DNA of 64,000 nucleotides from Armatimonadetes bacterium CG06_land_8_20_14_3_00_66_21 (GTDB lineage: Bacteria; Armatimonadota; Abditibacteriia; CG2-30-66-41). Where the stretch lies: assembly GCA_002779825.1 (NCBI GenBank), contig PEVN01000374.1:448-64447 (forward strand). Reading direction: 5' to 3'. The position numbers and the translations under genes were made by a program. How positions within the stretch are numbered: the first letter of the stretch is position 1; each line of letters starts with the position of its first letter. The notes under the pieces were generated by a model. That model was not told where the DNA came from. It did no database searches and saw only the letters and a list, made by a program, of their open reading frames with translations. This document shows, piece by piece, positions 37,878 to 47,069 of this stretch.

Positions 37878-38657
37878 GTGAAAGTTGTTCTGCTGTGCGG
37901 CGGCCGAGGCACGCGGCTGCGAGAGCAGACCGAGACCCTCCCCAAGCCGTTGATCGAGATCGGCGGGCGCCCGATCCTCTGGCACGTGATGAAGTACTAC
38001 GCCCACTTCGGCTTCACCGACTTCGTCCTGTGCCTGGGCTACCTCGGAGACCGGATCAAGCAATACTTCGCCGGCGACCGCGCTTGGGAGCGGCACGACT
38101 TCGTCCTGCACGCGGGCGCGTCGGGCCCCGAACGCATCGAGTTGCTGGGCGAGCGTGAGGACTGGAACCTCACCTTTGTCGATACGGGACTCGAGACGAA
38201 CACGGGCGGTCGAGTCAAACGCGCGGAGCGTTACCTCGACGGCGACCTCGCGTTGGTGACCTACGCGGACGGGCTGGCAGACCTCGACCTCGGTCGGCTC
38301 GTCGAGTTCCACCGCTCCCACGGGCGACTCGCCAGCCTCACCACCGTCAACCCCGCCTCACCGTTCGGAGTCCTCGACCTGGGCGACGATGGCAAGGTGC
38401 GTCGCTTCCAGGAGAAGCCGCGCCTCGATGGCTGGATCAACGGCGGCTTCTTCGTGTTCTCGACCTCCGCGCTGAGCCGCCTGGGGGCCAACGACAGCCT
38501 CGAGCAGGACCTCCTGACAGCCCTGGCCGAGGAAGACGAGCTGTACGCCTTCCGCCACACCGGCTTCTGGGCCTGCATGGATACCTACAAGGACCACTTG
38601 GCGCTCAACGCGCTGTGGGAATCGGGAAAGGCGCCGTGGAGGGTGTGGGAAGGGTGA
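37878..38657 (+). CDS. rfbF: Glucose-1-phosphate cytidylyltransferase.
   Basis: GTG at 37878 with GGAGG upstream. (M)KVVLLCGGRGTRLREQTETLPKPLIEIGGRPILWHVMKYYAHFGF.DFVLCLGY is the canonical RfbF N-terminus. C-terminal ..FWACMDTYKD..LN.LW..G.APW. Confidence 0.9.
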   Translation: MKVVLLCGGRGTRLREQTETLPKPLIEIGGRPILWHVMKYYAHFGFTDFVLCLGYLGDRIKQYFAGDRAWERHDFVLHAGASGPERIELLGEREDWNLTFVDTGLETNTGGRVKRAERYLDGDLALVTYADGLADLDLGRLVEFHRSHGRLASLTTVNPASPFGVLDLGDDGKVRRFQEKPRLDGWINGGFFVFSTSALSRLGANDSLEQDLLTALAEEDELYAFRHTGFWACMDTYKDHLALNALWESGKAPWRVWEG

Positions 38658-38678
38658 GGGACCGCCGCCCGGGACCCT

Positions 38679-39491
38679 TCACAGCCTGAAGATCCGCTTC
38701 GCGTTGAGCCCGAAGATGAGCCGCTTCGAGTCGTCAGGAATCCGCGCGCAAGCAACATAGCCGATCTGCGGGCGACCGTCCACGAACGGCATGTCGGTGC
38801 CAAACAGCACGCGCTCGGCGCCGACTCCGTTCACCATCCGCTCCAGCATCCCGCGCGGCAGAAGAGAGCCGGTCAAGTCCAGGTAGAGGCGCTCCCACTT
38901 GTGCGCCACCTCAATGCTCTCATCCATGCCGCCACACGTGCCGCCCGCGTGCCCGAGCAGCATGTCCACGTTCGGGTACTGCTTGCCCAACTCAGCGAAC
39001 AGCGACGGGCGACAGCGGGCGTCGCCTTCCCAGGTGTGGACAAGCACCGGCACGGAGTGCTCATTCGCGAACTCCCATACCGGGCGGTAGCGCTCACCGG
39101 TGACGGGGTAGGCGTGGATTGACGGGTGGAGCTTGATCGCCTTGAGGTTCCCGCGCAGCACGTGCTTGTCCAACTCGCCGCGGATTGCCGCCTCGGGTCG
39201 GTGCGGGTTCAGGCTGCAGTAGCCCAGGAAACGCCCGGGGTAGTCCTCAACGGCCTGCCGGATCTGCTCGTTGCCCAGCTCCTCGGCCGGCCCGATGCCC
39301 GCGTGTGGCGCAGAGGCGGCCAGGTCGATGCCGCAGGTGTCCATTGCGAACACCATGCCCTCGGCCCACGGTCGGGGGATGTGGAAGTCCTTCCACGGGC
39401 CCATGTGCGTGTGGCAGTCGATGACCAGCTCGCCGGTCAGCTTCTCTCCGGCGCGAACCGCTTCCCAGATTCGGCTCCGTTCCTCGCTCAT
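38679..39491 (-). CDS. Amidohydrolase-2 (COG2159-type metal-dependent TIM-barrel hydrolase/decarboxylase family).
   Basis: ATG at 39491 overlaps the upstream stop (ATGA). VIDCHTHMGPW, VLVHTWEG, LLGHAGG and FGTDMPF motifs. Confidence 0.8.
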   Translation of the reverse strand: MSEERSRIWEAVRAGEKLTGELVIDCHTHMGPWKDFHIPRPWAEGMVFAMDTCGIDLAASAPHAGIGPAEELGNEQIRQAVEDYPGRFLGYCSLNPHRPEAAIRGELDKHVLRGNLKAIKLHPSIHAYPVTGERYRPVWEFANEHSVPVLVHTWEGDARCRPSLFAELGKQYPNVDMLLGHAGGTCGGMDESIEVAHKWERLYLDLTGSLLPRGMLERMVNGVGAERVLFGTDMPFVDGRPQIGYVACARIPDDSKRLIFGLNAKRIFRL

Positions 39492-40240
39492 GCACGCGCT
39501 CCCTTCCAGAGGATCGACTCCAAGTTGCCGGTCGCGAGGCGCCGCTTGTCCGCGTCGTCGATGGCGGCGTAGAGGATCGGCGTGATTGCTCCGCCGGAGT
39601 CGTAGGCAGGCAGGCCGGTGCCGAACACCAGCCTGTCGGCGCCAAACTTCTCGACAACCGCTTCGATCCCGAGGTGCTGCTCGAAGAATGAGGTCTCGAT
39701 CCGCAAGCCGGCATGTCGCGCCAGCAGCGGGTAGGCCCACCGGGTGATCCGGTAGCCTGTCCGACAGACGATCAGGTTCAGGGCGGGGTGCTTGCCGAGG
39801 ACCCCGTCGATCTCCCCCCAACTCGTCTGATCCAGCTCGATTAGCACGGGCACGCCAGCCTCAGCGAGAGTCCCAAACATCGCGCCGCACCACGCCTCTC
39901 CGAGCCCGTATCCGTGCGGCTTCGGATAGAGCCAAACGGCCTGGGCGCCGCCGGCAGCGAGATACCCGAGCAGGGCGTCGCCCGCGGGCAGTTCGTCGGT
40001 ATGCTCTGGCAGCAGCACGAAGGCCGGCGTCAGATTGGGGTGTGCCGCTGCCCACTCGGCCGCCTGCTCGTTGCCGATCCGCGGATCATACTCCTTCGCC
40101 CAGGCGTGGACGAACAGGGCGCGCTCAACGCCGGTGCGCGCCAACTCCTCCAGAATCTCCTCGTCGCTCAGCGCCGACTCCGGCCGCGGCGCCGACCGCG
40201 GCCCGAACATCACGTTGCAGTCAAAGAACGGAATGGACAA
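39488..40240 (-). CDS. Amidohydrolase-2-like protein, second and more divergent copy.
   Basis: TTG at 40240 with AGGAGG upstream gives (M)SIPFFDCNVMFG.. Also VPVLIELD and FGTGLPAYD. The first metal motif is FDCN rather than HxH. Confidence 0.65.
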   Translation of the reverse strand: MSIPFFDCNVMFGPRSAPRPESALSDEEILEELARTGVERALFVHAWAKEYDPRIGNEQAAEWAAAHPNLTPAFVLLPEHTDELPAGDALLGYLAAGGAQAVWLYPKPHGYGLGEAWCGAMFGTLAEAGVPVLIELDQTSWGEIDGVLGKHPALNLIVCRTGYRITRWAYPLLARHAGLRIETSFFEQHLGIEAVVEKFGADRLVFGTGLPAYDSGGAITPILYAAIDDADKRRLATGNLESILWKGARA

Positions 40241-40421
40241 TCTGGTCCTCCTACTGGAATGCAGATTTGGGATTGCAGATGGCAGATTGCGAAGACCGGC
40301 AGCGCACTGACCGTGGCATTCTCCTCCGACGTGGTGCTGAGCCGAGGACCGGCACAAGGGAAACGGGAACTGGAGGCACTCCCACCAACGGTGCAGCCCG
40401 GCGCCACTCGTCACCCGCCGC

Positions 40422-41534
40422 TCACATCGGCGACAGCTCCTCCCACACGTCGATGATCCGCGTCCAATTGCGGTACTCCCGCTCGGAGAGCGTGGGCGAC
40501 GGCCCTTCCGTCGGCCGCAGGATGAATCGCGCCTTGCCCCCCTCGAACGCCGCTCGGGTGGCTCGCTCGACTTCCGCCTCAGTGCCGTAGCACATGAGGC
40601 GCGACTCCAGGTTGCCGCCCAAGGTCAGCCGCTCGGCCGCCAGCGCCTTCGCTTCCGCCATCGTCACGTCGCCGTCGGGGGGCGGTTCCACCGGCTCGAG
40701 GTAGTCGGCTCCTCGCTCAATGACCTTGAGGATGGTCTCGCGCACCCGACCATGGCAGTGGAGGTGGACCACCGCTTCGCTCCGCTGCTTGATGAACGCG
40801 ATGAGCCGGCGCTCCTGGTCCTGGACCAGCGCGTCGTACACCTGCGGCGACGCCATGGGCGGGGTCACCCACTCGCTGCCGCCGACCCAAACGTACTCGA
40901 TGCCCGGCTTCTGCAGCAGTACGTCGAGGCAGTCCAGCGTCCGCTCGAGGCACAGTTCCGTCAGCTCCTCCATCCGCGGCAGGTCGGTGGCGCACAACCC
41001 CAGGAACATCTGGTAGGGCATCACCCCGGCAACGCAGACGAACGGCGACGAGACGCTGGTGGACAGGAGGAACCGCCCGTCGGGGTCTGCTGGGAGCGTG
41101 TCCCTGTCCGGCGCCGACAGACCAGGCGGCCGCTCCCACGGCACGGCGGCAATGCTCCGGAGTCCCTCCCTCGTCTCCACCGGGTACGTCACATTCCACG
41201 AAGTCTGCGCCTTCCGGTCGGAGTGGACGATGGCGGTGAGGGCGCCGTCCGGCGTGTCGAGGTACTGAGTCGTCTCCCACTCGCCCCCCGGCAGCGGCTT
41301 CCGCTCGTTCCGCATACGTTGCGGCGGGATCATCAGATAGCGATTCGTGTGCGACGGATGGTTCCGTCGCACAACAGAATGCGCGAACACGCGCTCAGCA
41401 ATCTCCCGCCGCAGCGGATCCTCGATCTTCGCCACAGCTTCGAGGGACGGATACTCGAACCCGGCAAGCTCCAGTGGAACTCGGTCCACCGTCTCGCCGC
41501 GGATCGTTCTCAGGCGTAGGTCGCGAGGGGTCAT
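40422..41534 (-). CDS. Uroporphyrinogen-decarboxylase (URO-D)-like family protein, third paralog.
   Basis: ATG at 41534 with AGGAG upstream. DRVPLELAGFEY..; VVHLHCHGRVRETILKVIERGADYLEPVEPPPDGD matches the URO-D-like C-terminal signature. Confidence 0.7.
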   Translation of the reverse strand: MTPRDLRLRTIRGETVDRVPLELAGFEYPSLEAVAKIEDPLRREIAERVFAHSVVRRNHPSHTNRYLMIPPQRMRNERKPLPGGEWETTQYLDTPDGALTAIVHSDRKAQTSWNVTYPVETREGLRSIAAVPWERPPGLSAPDRDTLPADPDGRFLLSTSVSSPFVCVAGVMPYQMFLGLCATDLPRMEELTELCLERTLDCLDVLLQKPGIEYVWVGGSEWVTPPMASPQVYDALVQDQERRLIAFIKQRSEAVVHLHCHGRVRETILKVIERGADYLEPVEPPPDGDVTMAEAKALAAERLTLGGNLESRLMCYGTEAEVERATRAAFEGGKARFILRPTEGPSPTLSEREYRNWTRIIDVWEELSPM

Positions 41535-41808
41535 GGGAAGCTCCTGCTTGGTTGGCGCTGCTTCGACGGTAGCGTGAACCACTATTCGCCCAAGAGCCGC
41601 CGCCTCCTCGCAGTTGCCACGGAAAGGCGGAGACAGCAACGCAGACGACTGCTGCACGGAACGTCAGTGCCCACTGAGCGCTCCTTGCGGTGCCACTCCA
41701 ACCACCCTCGCCTCAGCGACCTGTACCAGGAGGTGCGTGGCAACACCGTGGCAACCGACCCTCCGGCAACCCCAACTCCGGGCCCGGTCAGCATCAAGAT
41801 TCTGGTAG

Positions 41809-43113
41809 GTGAACCAAATGGTCAAGATTGTCTTCCTCGGCGCTGGTAGTACTGTCTTCGCGAAGAGCGTGTTGGGCGACTGCCTGCACGTGCCCGAACT
41901 GAAGGACGCGCATATTGCGTTGGTGGACATCGACCCCGAGCGGCTGGCGGATTCGGAGACGATGATCCAGAACCTGAACCGGAACCTGGGCGCCCAGGCG
42001 ACCGTTCAGGCGACGGTGGACCGGCGGAAGGCGCTGGCTGGGGCGGACTTTGTGGTCAACGCCATTCAGGTGGGCGGGTATGAGCCGAGCACGGTCATCG
42101 ACTTTGAAGTGCCCAAGAAGTACGGGCTGCGGCAGACCATCGGCGACACGCTGGGGATCGGCGGCATCTTCCGGGCGCTGCGGACGATTCCGGTCATGCT
42201 GGAGTTTGCCCACGACATCCAGGAGCTTTGCCCAGACGCCTGGTTCCTGAACTACACGAACCCCATGGGGATGCTGACGGGGGCGATTCTGCGGGCGACA
42301 GGGATCAACATGGTGGGGCTGTGCCATAGCGTGCAGGGGTGCGCGACGCACCTGTGCGGGATGCTGGAGCTGCCGAACGACAATCTGCAGTGGCGGATTG
42401 CGGGCATCAACCATCAGGGGTGGCTGCTGGAGCTCTCCCGCGAGGGCGTTGACCTGTACCCCGAGGTGAAGCGGCGCGCGGCGCTGCCGGAGTACAACAA
42501 GAAGGACGCCGTCCGGTTCGAGGTCATGAAGCGGTTTGGCTACTACGTAACCGAGTCCAGCGAGCATTCGTCGGAGTATCTCCCATACTTCATCAAGAGC
42601 ACACACCCGGAGCTCATCGACCGCTTCCACATCCCGCTGGACGAATACCCGCGACGCTGCATCGGCCAGATCGAGGGCTGGAAGAAGATGCGTCAGGAAC
42701 TCACGGAGAGCAAGGATCTCGTCCACAACCGAGGCGGCGAATACGCCTCGTACATCATCGAAAGCGTGCTCAAGGATGTGCCGTACTCCATCGGCGGCAA
42801 TGTGCTCAACAACGGGCTCATCACTAACCTGCCCTTCGACTGCTGTGTCGAGGTGCCGTGCCTCATCAACCGCAACGGAGTGCAGGGGTGCTACGTCGGC
42901 GCGCTCCCACCCCAGTGCGCGGCAGTGACGCAGACCAACGTCAACGTCCAGCTCCTGACCATCGAGGCGGCCCTGACCCAGAAGCGGGACCACGTGTACC
43001 ACGCTGCCTTGCTGGACCCGCACACCAGCGCCGAGCTGACTATCGACGAGATTGTCGCGCTCTGCGATGACTTGATCGAGGCGCATGGCGACATGCTGCC
43101 GACATACGCGTAG
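41809..43113 (+). CDS. Glycoside hydrolase family 4 (NAD+/Mn2+-dependent alpha-glucosidase / alpha-galactosidase / alpha-glucuronidase family).
   Basis: KIVFLGAGSTVFAKSVLGD Rossmann N-terminus, NYTNPM, GLCHSVQG, INHQGW. Confidence 0.85.
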   Translation: MNQMVKIVFLGAGSTVFAKSVLGDCLHVPELKDAHIALVDIDPERLADSETMIQNLNRNLGAQATVQATVDRRKALAGADFVVNAIQVGGYEPSTVIDFEVPKKYGLRQTIGDTLGIGGIFRALRTIPVMLEFAHDIQELCPDAWFLNYTNPMGMLTGAILRATGINMVGLCHSVQGCATHLCGMLELPNDNLQWRIAGINHQGWLLELSREGVDLYPEVKRRAALPEYNKKDAVRFEVMKRFGYYVTESSEHSSEYLPYFIKSTHPELIDRFHIPLDEYPRRCIGQIEGWKKMRQELTESKDLVHNRGGEYASYIIESVLKDVPYSIGGNVLNNGLITNLPFDCCVEVPCLINRNGVQGCYVGALPPQCAAVTQTNVNVQLLTIEAALTQKRDHVYHAALLDPHTSAELTIDEIVALCDDLIEAHGDMLPTYA

Positions 43114-43122
43114 CGGCCACTG

Positions 43123-44352
43123 ATGAGCGGAAGGCACCCGCGAATTCACGCCAGCCTACTGGTACTGCTCCTCATCGGCGGGACCATGGGCGCTCCGCTG
43201 ATCGGGCCGCTGCGGGAGACCCTCCAGGAGCTGATGGGCGTCTCCCGGGCGCAACTTGGGCTCTGGATCAACCTGATGGGATTGGGCGCGGGGGCGCTGA
43301 GCCTGTGGGCAACGGTTCGCTTTCGAGGCACGCTCAGCCGCACCTCGTTCATCAAGCTGGGCACGGTCTGTGGGTTGGCGGGCATGGTGTTGTTCGCAGC
43401 CGTCCGCCCGTCGCCCGGTGCCGCGCTCTGGGGCATGGCCGCTGGCTGGTTTCTGGTCACCGTCTCCAACGTGGTCCGCGCCGTCTCTGGGCCGATCTTC
43501 ATGGACCTCTGGCGACACGCGCCGCACACCGGGGTTCTCTTGCTCCATGGCGTGAACGCGGTCGGGAAGGTCGTGGCGCCGCTGATCGTTCTGCTTGTCG
43601 GCGAGAGCCTGCAGGTCAACGCGGGCATCTACGCGGCGGCGCTGCTGTTGCTGGCCCTGGACATGTGCACGTGGCCGAAGCAGAGCGTGCGCGAACTCGG
43701 GGAGGCGGAGCGGAGCCAGTTGGCGACGACGGAGTCCGTCGACCGGAGCTGGCGAGGCGCCCTGTTCTGGACGGCAGCGCTGCAGTTCGCGTTCATCGCC
43801 GGCTCGGAGGCGGGAGTAGTCAGCATCCTCGGCAGCTTCCTCACCCACCACCGATCGTCGCCGATCGTCGCGCTGTCTCCCGCCCGGTGGGCGGCCGCTG
43901 TGCTGGTGCTGTCCCAGATGGGGATCTTCGCGGGCCGCTTCGTTTTCGCTGGATTCCCCGCGCTCAAAGAGAAGACAGTTGTCCTGCTCTGCCTACTGTG
44001 CGGGGTCTTCGTTCTGCCCGGCGTCCTATCACCGTCCCCCTGGGTCTACGTCTCCAGCCTGTTCATGGTGGGCGTCACCTTCTCGGCGACCTACCCGGCG
44101 TTCTTCACCCTCTCCGCGCGGAGCTTCGTCGCTAACCGGACGGCGTACTCCATGGCCACCGGACTCACAACACAAGTGGGGATCAATCTGTGCATCTGGC
44201 TGGCGAGCGTTCTCGGTAATCGACAGGAATCTCTGCCGGTCGCAGTCATCGCGAGTACGGCGGTCATGGGGCTGTTTGGTCTGTTCCTGTTCGCGACGCG
44301 CACCGGGCGGCAGCTCTGCCGGGCTGCGGAGCCGGCGACGGTACCGGAATGA
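43123..44352 (+). CDS. MFS transporter.
   Basis: About 12 predicted hydrophobic helices, 409 aa. Starts 10 nt after the GH4 stop. Confidence 0.7.
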   Translation: MSGRHPRIHASLLVLLLIGGTMGAPLIGPLRETLQELMGVSRAQLGLWINLMGLGAGALSLWATVRFRGTLSRTSFIKLGTVCGLAGMVLFAAVRPSPGAALWGMAAGWFLVTVSNVVRAVSGPIFMDLWRHAPHTGVLLLHGVNAVGKVVAPLIVLLVGESLQVNAGIYAAALLLLALDMCTWPKQSVRELGEAERSQLATTESVDRSWRGALFWTAALQFAFIAGSEAGVVSILGSFLTHHRSSPIVALSPARWAAAVLVLSQMGIFAGRFVFAGFPALKEKTVVLLCLLCGVFVLPGVLSPSPWVYVSSLFMVGVTFSATYPAFFTLSARSFVANRTAYSMATGLTTQVGINLCIWLASVLGNRQESLPVAVIASTAVMGLFGLFLFATRTGRQLCRAAEPATVPE

Positions 44353-44411
44353 GCCGTGCTGCGGGATCCGCCGCCTCTCCCCAACAAGTCGCTCCCGTCA
44401 AGGCAGCATGG

Positions 44412-44440
44412 TTGCGGGAGCCTCCCCGGTTGTGTAGAAT
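44412..44440 (+). promoter_or_regulatory. Candidate promoter for tRNA-Gln.
   Basis: TTGCGG (44412-44417), 17-nt spacer, TAGAAT (44435-44440), 25 nt before the mature tRNA 5' end. Confidence 0.4.
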
Positions 44441-44464
44441 AGCTTCTTCGCCCAATGCGTTTCT

Positions 44465-44538
44465 TGGGGTGTCGCCAAGCGGTAAGGCACGGGCCTTTGG
44501 AGCCTGCATCCCAGGTTCGAATCCTGGCACCCCAGCCA
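44465..44538 (+). tRNA. tRNA-Gln (anticodon UUG), with the CCA end encoded.
   Basis: TGGGGTGTCGCCAAGCGGTAAGGCACGGGCCTTTGGAGCCTGCATCCCAGGTTCGAATCCTGGCACCCCAGCCA. The 7-bp acceptor stem pairs, the anticodon loop is CUUUGGA, the T-loop is GGTTCGAATCC, and it is close to E. coli tRNA-Gln. Confidence 0.9.
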
Positions 44539-44580
44539 CTCTTTTCTTGACCCCGGTCGAATCGTCGCCCGGCTTCTGAT

Positions 44581-44608
44581 GGGGGAGCGGTGTGCTCCCC
44601 TTTTTTGT
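44581..44608 (+). terminator. Rho-independent terminator after tRNA-Gln.
   Basis: GGGGAGC-GGTGT-GCTCCCC (44582-44600), followed by TTTTTTGTGTG. Confidence 0.8.
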
Positions 44609-44704
44609 GTGTCTGACTGCTCAACGAGACACCGCAGCCCGGTGTGGCAGGCGACGTCTGTTGGCGGACCGGACAACTGCTCGTGATCAGCGGAGTCCAG
44701 CGGA

Positions 44705-45661
44705 ATGAAGCAGCCTCGACTAAGACTCTTCTGCGGCAACGCCAACCGGCCACTGGCCGAAGCAGTGGCGACGTACCTCGAGATCCCCCTCAGCGACCTC
44801 GTCGTCGGGCGGTTCAGCGATGGGGAGATCCACGTCCAGATCAAGACCAACGTTCGCGGGGATGACGTCTTCCTGATCCAGCCTACCTGCGCGCCGGTGA
44901 ACGAGAACGTGATGGAACTGCTCATCATGTTGGACGCATTCAAGCGCGCGTCCGCCGGCCGCATCGTGCCGATCGTGCCGTACTACGGGTACTCGCGGCA
45001 GGACAAGAAGACGCGGCCCCGCGAACCCATCTCCGCCAAGTTAGTGGCGGACATGCTCACCCACGCGGGCGCGGATCGCATTTTCGCGCTTGATCTGCAT
45101 GCGGGACAGGTGCAAGGCTTCTTCGACACCCCTGTCGATCACGTCCCGGCCGGGCCGCTGCTCGCCGAGCACGTGCGCAAGATGAAGCTCCCGCCCGAGG
45201 ACACGGTGGTTGTGTCCCCTGACGTCGGGGGTGTTGAGCGCGCCATCACGTTCGCGGAGTGCATTGGGGCAACGCTGGCCATCATCGCCAAGCGACGCCC
45301 GCGGCCGAACTCGGCAGAGGTCATCGAGATCATCGGTGATGTGGACGGCAAACACGCGGTCATGGTCGATGACATGATCGATACTGCGGGCTCGATCACC
45401 GAGGGCGCGAAGGCCCTCATCGCGCGCGGCGCAGGGGATGTATACGCCTGCTGCACCCACGCAGTGCTTTCCGGGCCGGCGGTGTCCCGGCTTCAGGACT
45501 CGTGCCTGAAGGAGATCATCGTGACAGACACCGTCTACATCCCCGAGGAGAAGCGCATCGACAAGCTGACTGTGCTGTCCGTGGCGCCCCTCCTGGCGAA
45601 GGCCATCGTGAGCATTCACGAAGACGACTCGATCAGCAACCTCCACGAGCGGCTTTTCTGA
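44705..45661 (+). CDS. prs: Ribose-phosphate pyrophosphokinase.
   Basis: LFCGNANRPLAEAVA..., GEIHVQI..NVRG.DVFLIQ, and the PRPP-binding loop VMVDDMIDTAGS. Confidence 0.95.
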   Translation: MKQPRLRLFCGNANRPLAEAVATYLEIPLSDLVVGRFSDGEIHVQIKTNVRGDDVFLIQPTCAPVNENVMELLIMLDAFKRASAGRIVPIVPYYGYSRQDKKTRPREPISAKLVADMLTHAGADRIFALDLHAGQVQGFFDTPVDHVPAGPLLAEHVRKMKLPPEDTVVVSPDVGGVERAITFAECIGATLAIIAKRRPRPNSAEVIEIIGDVDGKHAVMVDDMIDTAGSITEGAKALIARGAGDVYACCTHAVLSGPAVSRLQDSCLKEIIVTDTVYIPEEKRIDKLTVLSVAPLLAKAIVSIHEDDSISNLHERLF

Positions 45662-45776
45662 CGCTCGGGGCCGACGCGAATAGGCGGCTGCACGGGTGCC
45701 GCCCTGAAGGTCTCGGGGCGCGGACGGGCGACGCCGCCGGCAAGACACAGCTTCACGACCGAGAGGAACAACCAAG

Positions 45777-46454
45777 ATGGAACGCATACCACTCACCGCA
45801 GAAACCCGTACGGCGTCCGGTTCCGGGGATGCTCGACGACTCCGCCGAACGGGCCGGGTGCCCGGCGTCGTGTATGGCAGAGGCAGCGACCCGAAGGTCC
45901 TTAGTGTGGACGAGAAAGAACTCATGGGCCTCCTCAAGACAGCCGCAGGGAGCGCACTGCTGATCGACCTGACCCTCTCAGGGAACGGCCAGCAGAGCCC
46001 GCTGCTCTGTCTGGTCAAGGAGGTTCAGAGGCACCCCGTCACTCGGGGGCTGCTCAACGTGGATTTCCTCAGCATTTCGCTGACCGAGCAGATCTCTGTG
46101 ACGGTGCACATTGTTGGCGAAGGCGAAGCCGTTGGCGTCGAGAACTCGGGCGGCATTCTGGAGCAGAACCTCCGCTCGCTCTCCATCTCCTGTCTCCCGA
46201 CCGCCATTCCCGACGAGATCCGAGTTGACATCTCCGGGCTGGAAATCGGAGACTCCCTGCACGTCAGCGATCTGCCGATCCCGGAGGGGGTCACAGTGGA
46301 GGCAGACGAGTCTGAGGTCGTCTTCCGCGTCAGTGCTCCGTCGGTGGTGGAAGACGAGGCGGCAGAAGGAGAAGGCGAATTGGCCGAGGGCGAAGCTGCG
46401 GCTGAAGGTGCAGCCGACGGGGAAGAGGGCGAGGAAGAGGGCGAGAAGGACTAA
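45777..46454 (+). CDS. rplY: 50S ribosomal protein L25 / general stress protein Ctc.
   Basis: LTAETRTASGSGDARRLRRTGRVPGVVYG.., with an acidic C-terminal tail typical of Ctc-type L25. Confidence 0.9.
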   Translation: MERIPLTAETRTASGSGDARRLRRTGRVPGVVYGRGSDPKVLSVDEKELMGLLKTAAGSALLIDLTLSGNGQQSPLLCLVKEVQRHPVTRGLLNVDFLSISLTEQISVTVHIVGEGEAVGVENSGGILEQNLRSLSISCLPTAIPDEIRVDISGLEIGDSLHVSDLPIPEGVTVEADESEVVFRVSAPSVVEDEAAEGEGELAEGEAAAEGAADGEEGEEEGEKD

Positions 46455-46472
46455 GCCGACTTGGAGTGAGCC

Positions 46473-47069
46473 GTGGCACCGTGGTTCCGCCGCGCCCGGA
46501 CCCCCCCGGACAGCGTTCGTGCGATTGTCCTCGGGGTCGGCAACCCGGGTCAGCAGTATGCCGGCACTCGGCACAACGTCGGCTTTGCCGTCATCGACGA
46601 GTTGCGCTCGTCCTTGGCGGCAAGGCCGCACAGCACCCGGCACCAAGCTCGCGTGTGGCTTGCGGGAGACGTGCTCCTGGCGAAGCCGCAGACGTTTGTG
46701 AACCTGAGTGGGCGTGCCGCGCGGCAGCTCTGTGCAGCCTTCCAGGTAGCTCCTGCCGATCTACTGGTGCTCGCCGATGACGTCAACCTGAAGCTGGGGC
46801 AGCTTCGGCTTCGCCGGGAGGGGAGTGCTGGCGGACACAAGGGACTGCGCTCGATTGCTCAGGAATTGGGCACGCAGGAGATTCCGCGACTGCGAGTGGG
46901 CGTGGGTCGCCCGGACAACCTGCAGGACGACTTGGTGGACCACGTTCTCTCCCGGTTTCCCCCCGACCAAGAGCAGCTCGCGCGGGAGACCATCCGGCGG
47001 GCTGCTGCGTGCGTGGAAGTCTACCTGCGCGACGGCGTCGAGGCGGCCATGAACCAGTTCAACTCGTAG
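46473..47069 (+). CDS. pth: Peptidyl-tRNA hydrolase.
   Basis: GTG start. VLGVGNPGQQYAGTRHNVGF, GGHKGLRSI, RLRVGVGRP. Confidence 0.9.
   Translation: MAPWFRRARTPPDSVRAIVLGVGNPGQQYAGTRHNVGFAVIDELRSSLAARPHSTRHQARVWLAGDVLLAKPQTFVNLSGRAARQLCAAFQVAPADLLVLADDVNLKLGQLRLRREGSAGGHKGLRSIAQELGTQEIPRLRVGVGRPDNLQDDLVDHVLSRFPPDQEQLARETIRRAAACVEVYLRDGVEAAMNQFNS

Noticed and set aside
44353-44704. tRNA-Gln as an integration hotspot for a genomic island.
   Set aside because: There is no integrase, no direct repeat of the tRNA 3' end, and no mobility gene on either side. tRNA-Gln followed by prs-ctc-pth matches, from my recollection, the gene order seen in some other bacteria.
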